Below are positions 60,365 through 64,000 of a DNA stretch of 64,000 bases, one piece after another. Within the stretch, counting starts at the first letter, position 1. Each line of letters starts with the position of its first letter. The stretch spans positions 1 to 64,000 of the forward strand of contig JAUCBJ010002320.1 in the NCBI GenBank assembly GCA_032718475.1, in the 5' to 3' direction. A program made the translations under genes and the position numbers. Under the pieces are notes generated by a model. The model saw only the letters and a program-made list of their open reading frames with translations. It was not told where the DNA came from and searched no databases. Source of the stretch: Nemertoderma westbladi (taxonomy: Eukaryota > Animalia > Xenacoelomorpha).

Positions 60365-60575
60365 TTCCAACGCCTTGATACGAAACAGGATCCGTGTATA
60401 AAAGAAAACAACTTGAAGTACTACACCAACTATTCAATATCAGCTTGTTTGAGCGAATGTAATGCACAATTTGTTATTGAGAAGTGCAATTGCTCAGGTT
60501 CAATATTTGGAGCAAATGTGACAGATGTCAGGAGCTGCTCACCATTTGAAACTTCAAACTGTGTTATGCCAGCAG
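60365..60575 (+). CDS. DEG/ENaC exon 6 (cysteine-rich thumb domain)
   Basis: tttacag acceptor, gtatgt donor; YSISACLSEC...IEKCNC...C signature. Confidence 0.92.
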
Positions 60576-61033
60576 GTATGTTTTTTAACAATTTTTGAAT
60601 GACTTAATCTGAACATTTTTTTCAAATGAAAACTATATATAATTTCGTTTAAAATTTAAATAATAAGTTGTTTCTTTTAAAGAATAATCTTTAGGAATAT
60701 GTGCTTTGACATTGGAACTTGGAGATGTTAATTGTAAGCCATTCATGATTCGACAGATTTTCCACATCTAATCAACAAGAAACTGCCGTTGAGTAAATTT
60801 AATAGCAAGGCTAATTAATTTGGTAGGCCTATGGAGTGGGCCTTCCGGTAGCGCATCGACACTCAGTCTTATATATTCCAATTGGTTTGAATAAAGGACT
60901 GTGGCCAAAATATATCATTTGAACTCAATTTTTCATAGAAAACAATGGAAAGTACTGTATCCATCCGTCATTATCTTGTAAAATTAATTTAATTTAAGTA
61001 ATTTAATAATCATTAATTCCTTCAATGTTGCAG

Positions 61034-61268
61034 TTACTGCAGATGGTTATCTGTCCTACTTGAAGCACCAACACGCATGTGAAGCAAATTGTACGGTACC
61101 ATGTAGTGAATGGGATTACACGTTTCAAGTTGAATCACAATCCGATTGGCCTCGACAGTATGGTCTGGAATATGATTTAGATGCTAATGCAGGTTACCTT
61201 GCCTTGGTAACTGCCTTTTGTGGTCCAAAACCAAATGATGACAAAGATCCATGGCTTATATGTGCTAG
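61034..61268 (+). CDS. DEG/ENaC exon 7; TM2 exons not seen in this window
   Basis: CEANCTVPCSEWDY...SDWP motif; acceptor 61034 or 61043 (both in frame); donor probably 61269. Confidence 0.8.
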
Positions 61269-61519
61269 GTTAATTAATATCTTGTTATATTTATTAATTT
61301 ACAGTAGGTTCTACATGGTATGTAGTATTGTGCATGTGTTAGAAGAAAATTCCCTACAACTTCTGTCCACTAACTAAAACTAATTCATGATCAAATTCAA
61401 TATTAAAGTAAAATTACAAATAATTTATGTATTAAGAATAATAAATAGATAATAGATTGTACATAAAAGAAAGCCAGAATACGATATCGTTAAAGTACCA
61501 CCTGGGGTGTTTCGGGAAT

Positions 61520-64000
61520 TTTTGGGGTGTATGATTTGATTCTATAACAGTTGAAGAACTATTTGTAGAGACTTTTTTTGGATATATGATTTGATTCTAT
61601 AACAGTTGAAGAACTATTTGTAGAGTGACTTTTTTGGGGTATATGATTTGATTCTATAACAGTTGAAAAACTATTTGTAGAGTGACTTTTTTGGGGTATA
61701 TGATTTGATTCTATAACAGTTGAAGAACTATTTGTAGAGACTTTTTTGGGGTACATGATTGGATTCTATAACAGTTGAAGAACTATTTGTAGAGACTTTT
61801 TTGGGGTATATGATTTGATTCTATAACAGTTGAAGAACTATTTGTAGAGTGACTTTTTTGGGGTATATTATTTGATTCTATAACAGTTGAAGAACTATTT
61901 GTAGAGACTTTTTCGGGCTATATGATTTGATTCTATAACAGTTGAAGAACTATTTGTAGAGTGACTTTTTTGGGGTATATTATTTGATTCTATAACAGTT
62001 GAAGAACTATTTGTAGATACTTTTTTGGGGTACATGATTTGATTCTATAACAGTTGAAGAACTATTTGTAGAGACTTTTTTGGGGTATATGATTTGATTC
62101 TATAACAGTTGAAGAACTATTTGTAGAGAGACTTTTTGGGGGTATATGATTTGATTCTATAACAGTTGAAGAACTATTTGTAGAGTGACTTTTTTGGGGT
62201 ATATGATTTGATTTTATAACAGTGGAAGAACTATTTGTAGAATGACTTTTTCGGGGTATATGATTTGATTCTATAACAGTTTAAGAACTATTTGTAGAGA
62301 CTTTTTTAGGGTATATTATTTGATTCTATAACATTTGAAGAACTATTTGTAGAGAGACTTTTTCGGGCTATATGATTTGATTCTATAACAGTTGAAGAAC
62401 TATTTGTAGAGTGACTTTTTTGGGGTATATTATTTGATTCTATAACAGTTGAAGAACTATTTGTAGATACTTTTTTGGGGTACATGATTTGATTCTATAA
62501 CAGTTGAAGAACTATTTGTAGATACTTTTTTGGGGTATATGATTTGATTCCATAACAGTTGCAGAACTATTTGTAGAGAGACTTTTTCGGGGTATATGAT
62601 TTGATTCTATAACAGTTGAAGAACTATTTGTAGATACTTTTTTGGGGTATATTATTTGATTCTATAACAGTTGAAGAACTATTTGTAGAGACGTTTTTGG
62701 GGTACATCATTTGATTCTATAACAGTTGAAGAACTATTTGTAGAGTGACTTTTTCGGGGTATATGATTTGATTCTATAACAGTTGAAGAACTACTTGTAG
62801 AGTGACTTTTTCGGGGTATATCATTTGATTCTATAACAGTTGAAGAACTACTTGTAGAGTGACTTTTTTGGGGTATATGATTTTATTCTATAACAGTTGA
62901 AGAACTATTTGTAGAGAGAGTTTTTTGGGGTATATGATTTGATTCTATAACAGTTGAATAACTATTTGTTGAGACTTTTTTGGGGTATTTTATTTGATTC
63001 TATACCAGTTGAAGAATTATTGTAGAATGACTTTTTCGGGGTATATGATTTGATTCCATAACAGTTGCAGAACTATTTGTAGAGAGACTTTTTCGGGGTA
63101 TATGATTTGATTCTATAACAGTTGAAGACCTATTTGTAGAGACTTTTTTTGGGGTATATGATTTGATTCTATAACATTTGAAGAACTATTTGTAGAGAGA
63201 CTTTTTAGGGGTATATGATTTGATTCTATAACAGTTTAAGAACTATTTGAAGATACTTTTTTGGGGTATATGATTAGATTCTATAACAGTTGAAGAACTA
63301 TTCGTAGAGACTTTTTTGGGGTATATTATTTGATTCTATAACAGTAGAAGAACTATTTGTAGAGTGACTTTTTTGGGCTATATGATTTAATTCTATACAT
63401 TTGAAGAACTATTTGTAGAGTGACTTTATCGGGGTATATGATTTGATTCTATAACAGTTGAAGAACTATTTGTAGAGACTTTTTCGGGGTATATGATTTG
63501 ATTCTATAACAGTTGAAGAACTATTCGTAGAGACTTTTTTGGGATATATTATTTGATTCCATAACTGTTGAAGAACTATTTGTAGAGTGACTTTTTCGAG
63601 GTATATGATTTGATTCTATAACAGTTGAAGAACTATTTGTAGAGACTTTTTTGGGGTATATGATTTGATTCTATAACAGTTTAATAACTATTTGTAGAGT
63701 GACTTTTTTGGGGTATATGATTTGATTCTATAACATTTGAAGAAATATTTGTAGAGAAACTTTTTTGGGGTATATGATTTGATTCTATGTAACAGTTGAA
63801 GAACTATTTGTAGAGACTTTTTTGGGGTATATGATTTGATTCTATAACAGTTTAAGAACTATTTGTAGAGTGACTTTTTCGGGGTATATGATTTGATTCT
63901 ATAACAGTTGAAGAACTATTTGTAGAGTGACTTTATCGGGGTATATGATTTGATTCTATAACAGTTGAAGAACTATTTGTAGAGACTTTTTTGGGGTATA
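61520..64000. repeat. 55/57-bp satellite (ATGATTTGATTCTATAACAGTTGAAGAACTATTTGTAGAG[TG]ACTTTTTTGGGGTAT)n, about 44 copies, running off the window
   Basis: Periodicity of 55 or 57 bp counted directly; moderate divergence between copies. Confidence 0.96.

Overview
AT-rich animal (probably invertebrate) genomic DNA, not prokaryotic. From left to right: (1) a very homogeneous 24-bp C-rich tandem array (1-3860) in the orientation expected for a left-end telomere, joined abruptly to a LINE remnant. (2) A delimited 18.8-kb Polinton/Maverick (adintovirus-like) endogenous element (9104-27901) with AGTAGT...ACTACT termini, long TIRs and a 6-bp TSD (TACATG). It encodes pPolB, integrase, packaging ATPase, adenain protease, penton and a capsid remnant, and most core genes carry one lesion. 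Its accessory set is unusual: a TBP-like gene split by a Helentron-like insertion that can be rejoined in frame, a PC4-like ORF, a DEDD-like exonuclease and a RING protein. (3) Seven exons of a host DEG/ENaC channel gene starting about 80 bp from the Polinton end. Its introns are filled with nested Gypsy, L2, RTE and Penelope elements, including a 649-bp foldback carrying two minimal hammerhead-ribozyme motifs and a young full-length Gypsy. (4) A 55/57-bp satellite running to the end of the window. All family assignments come from motif recognition by eye; no database searches were run.
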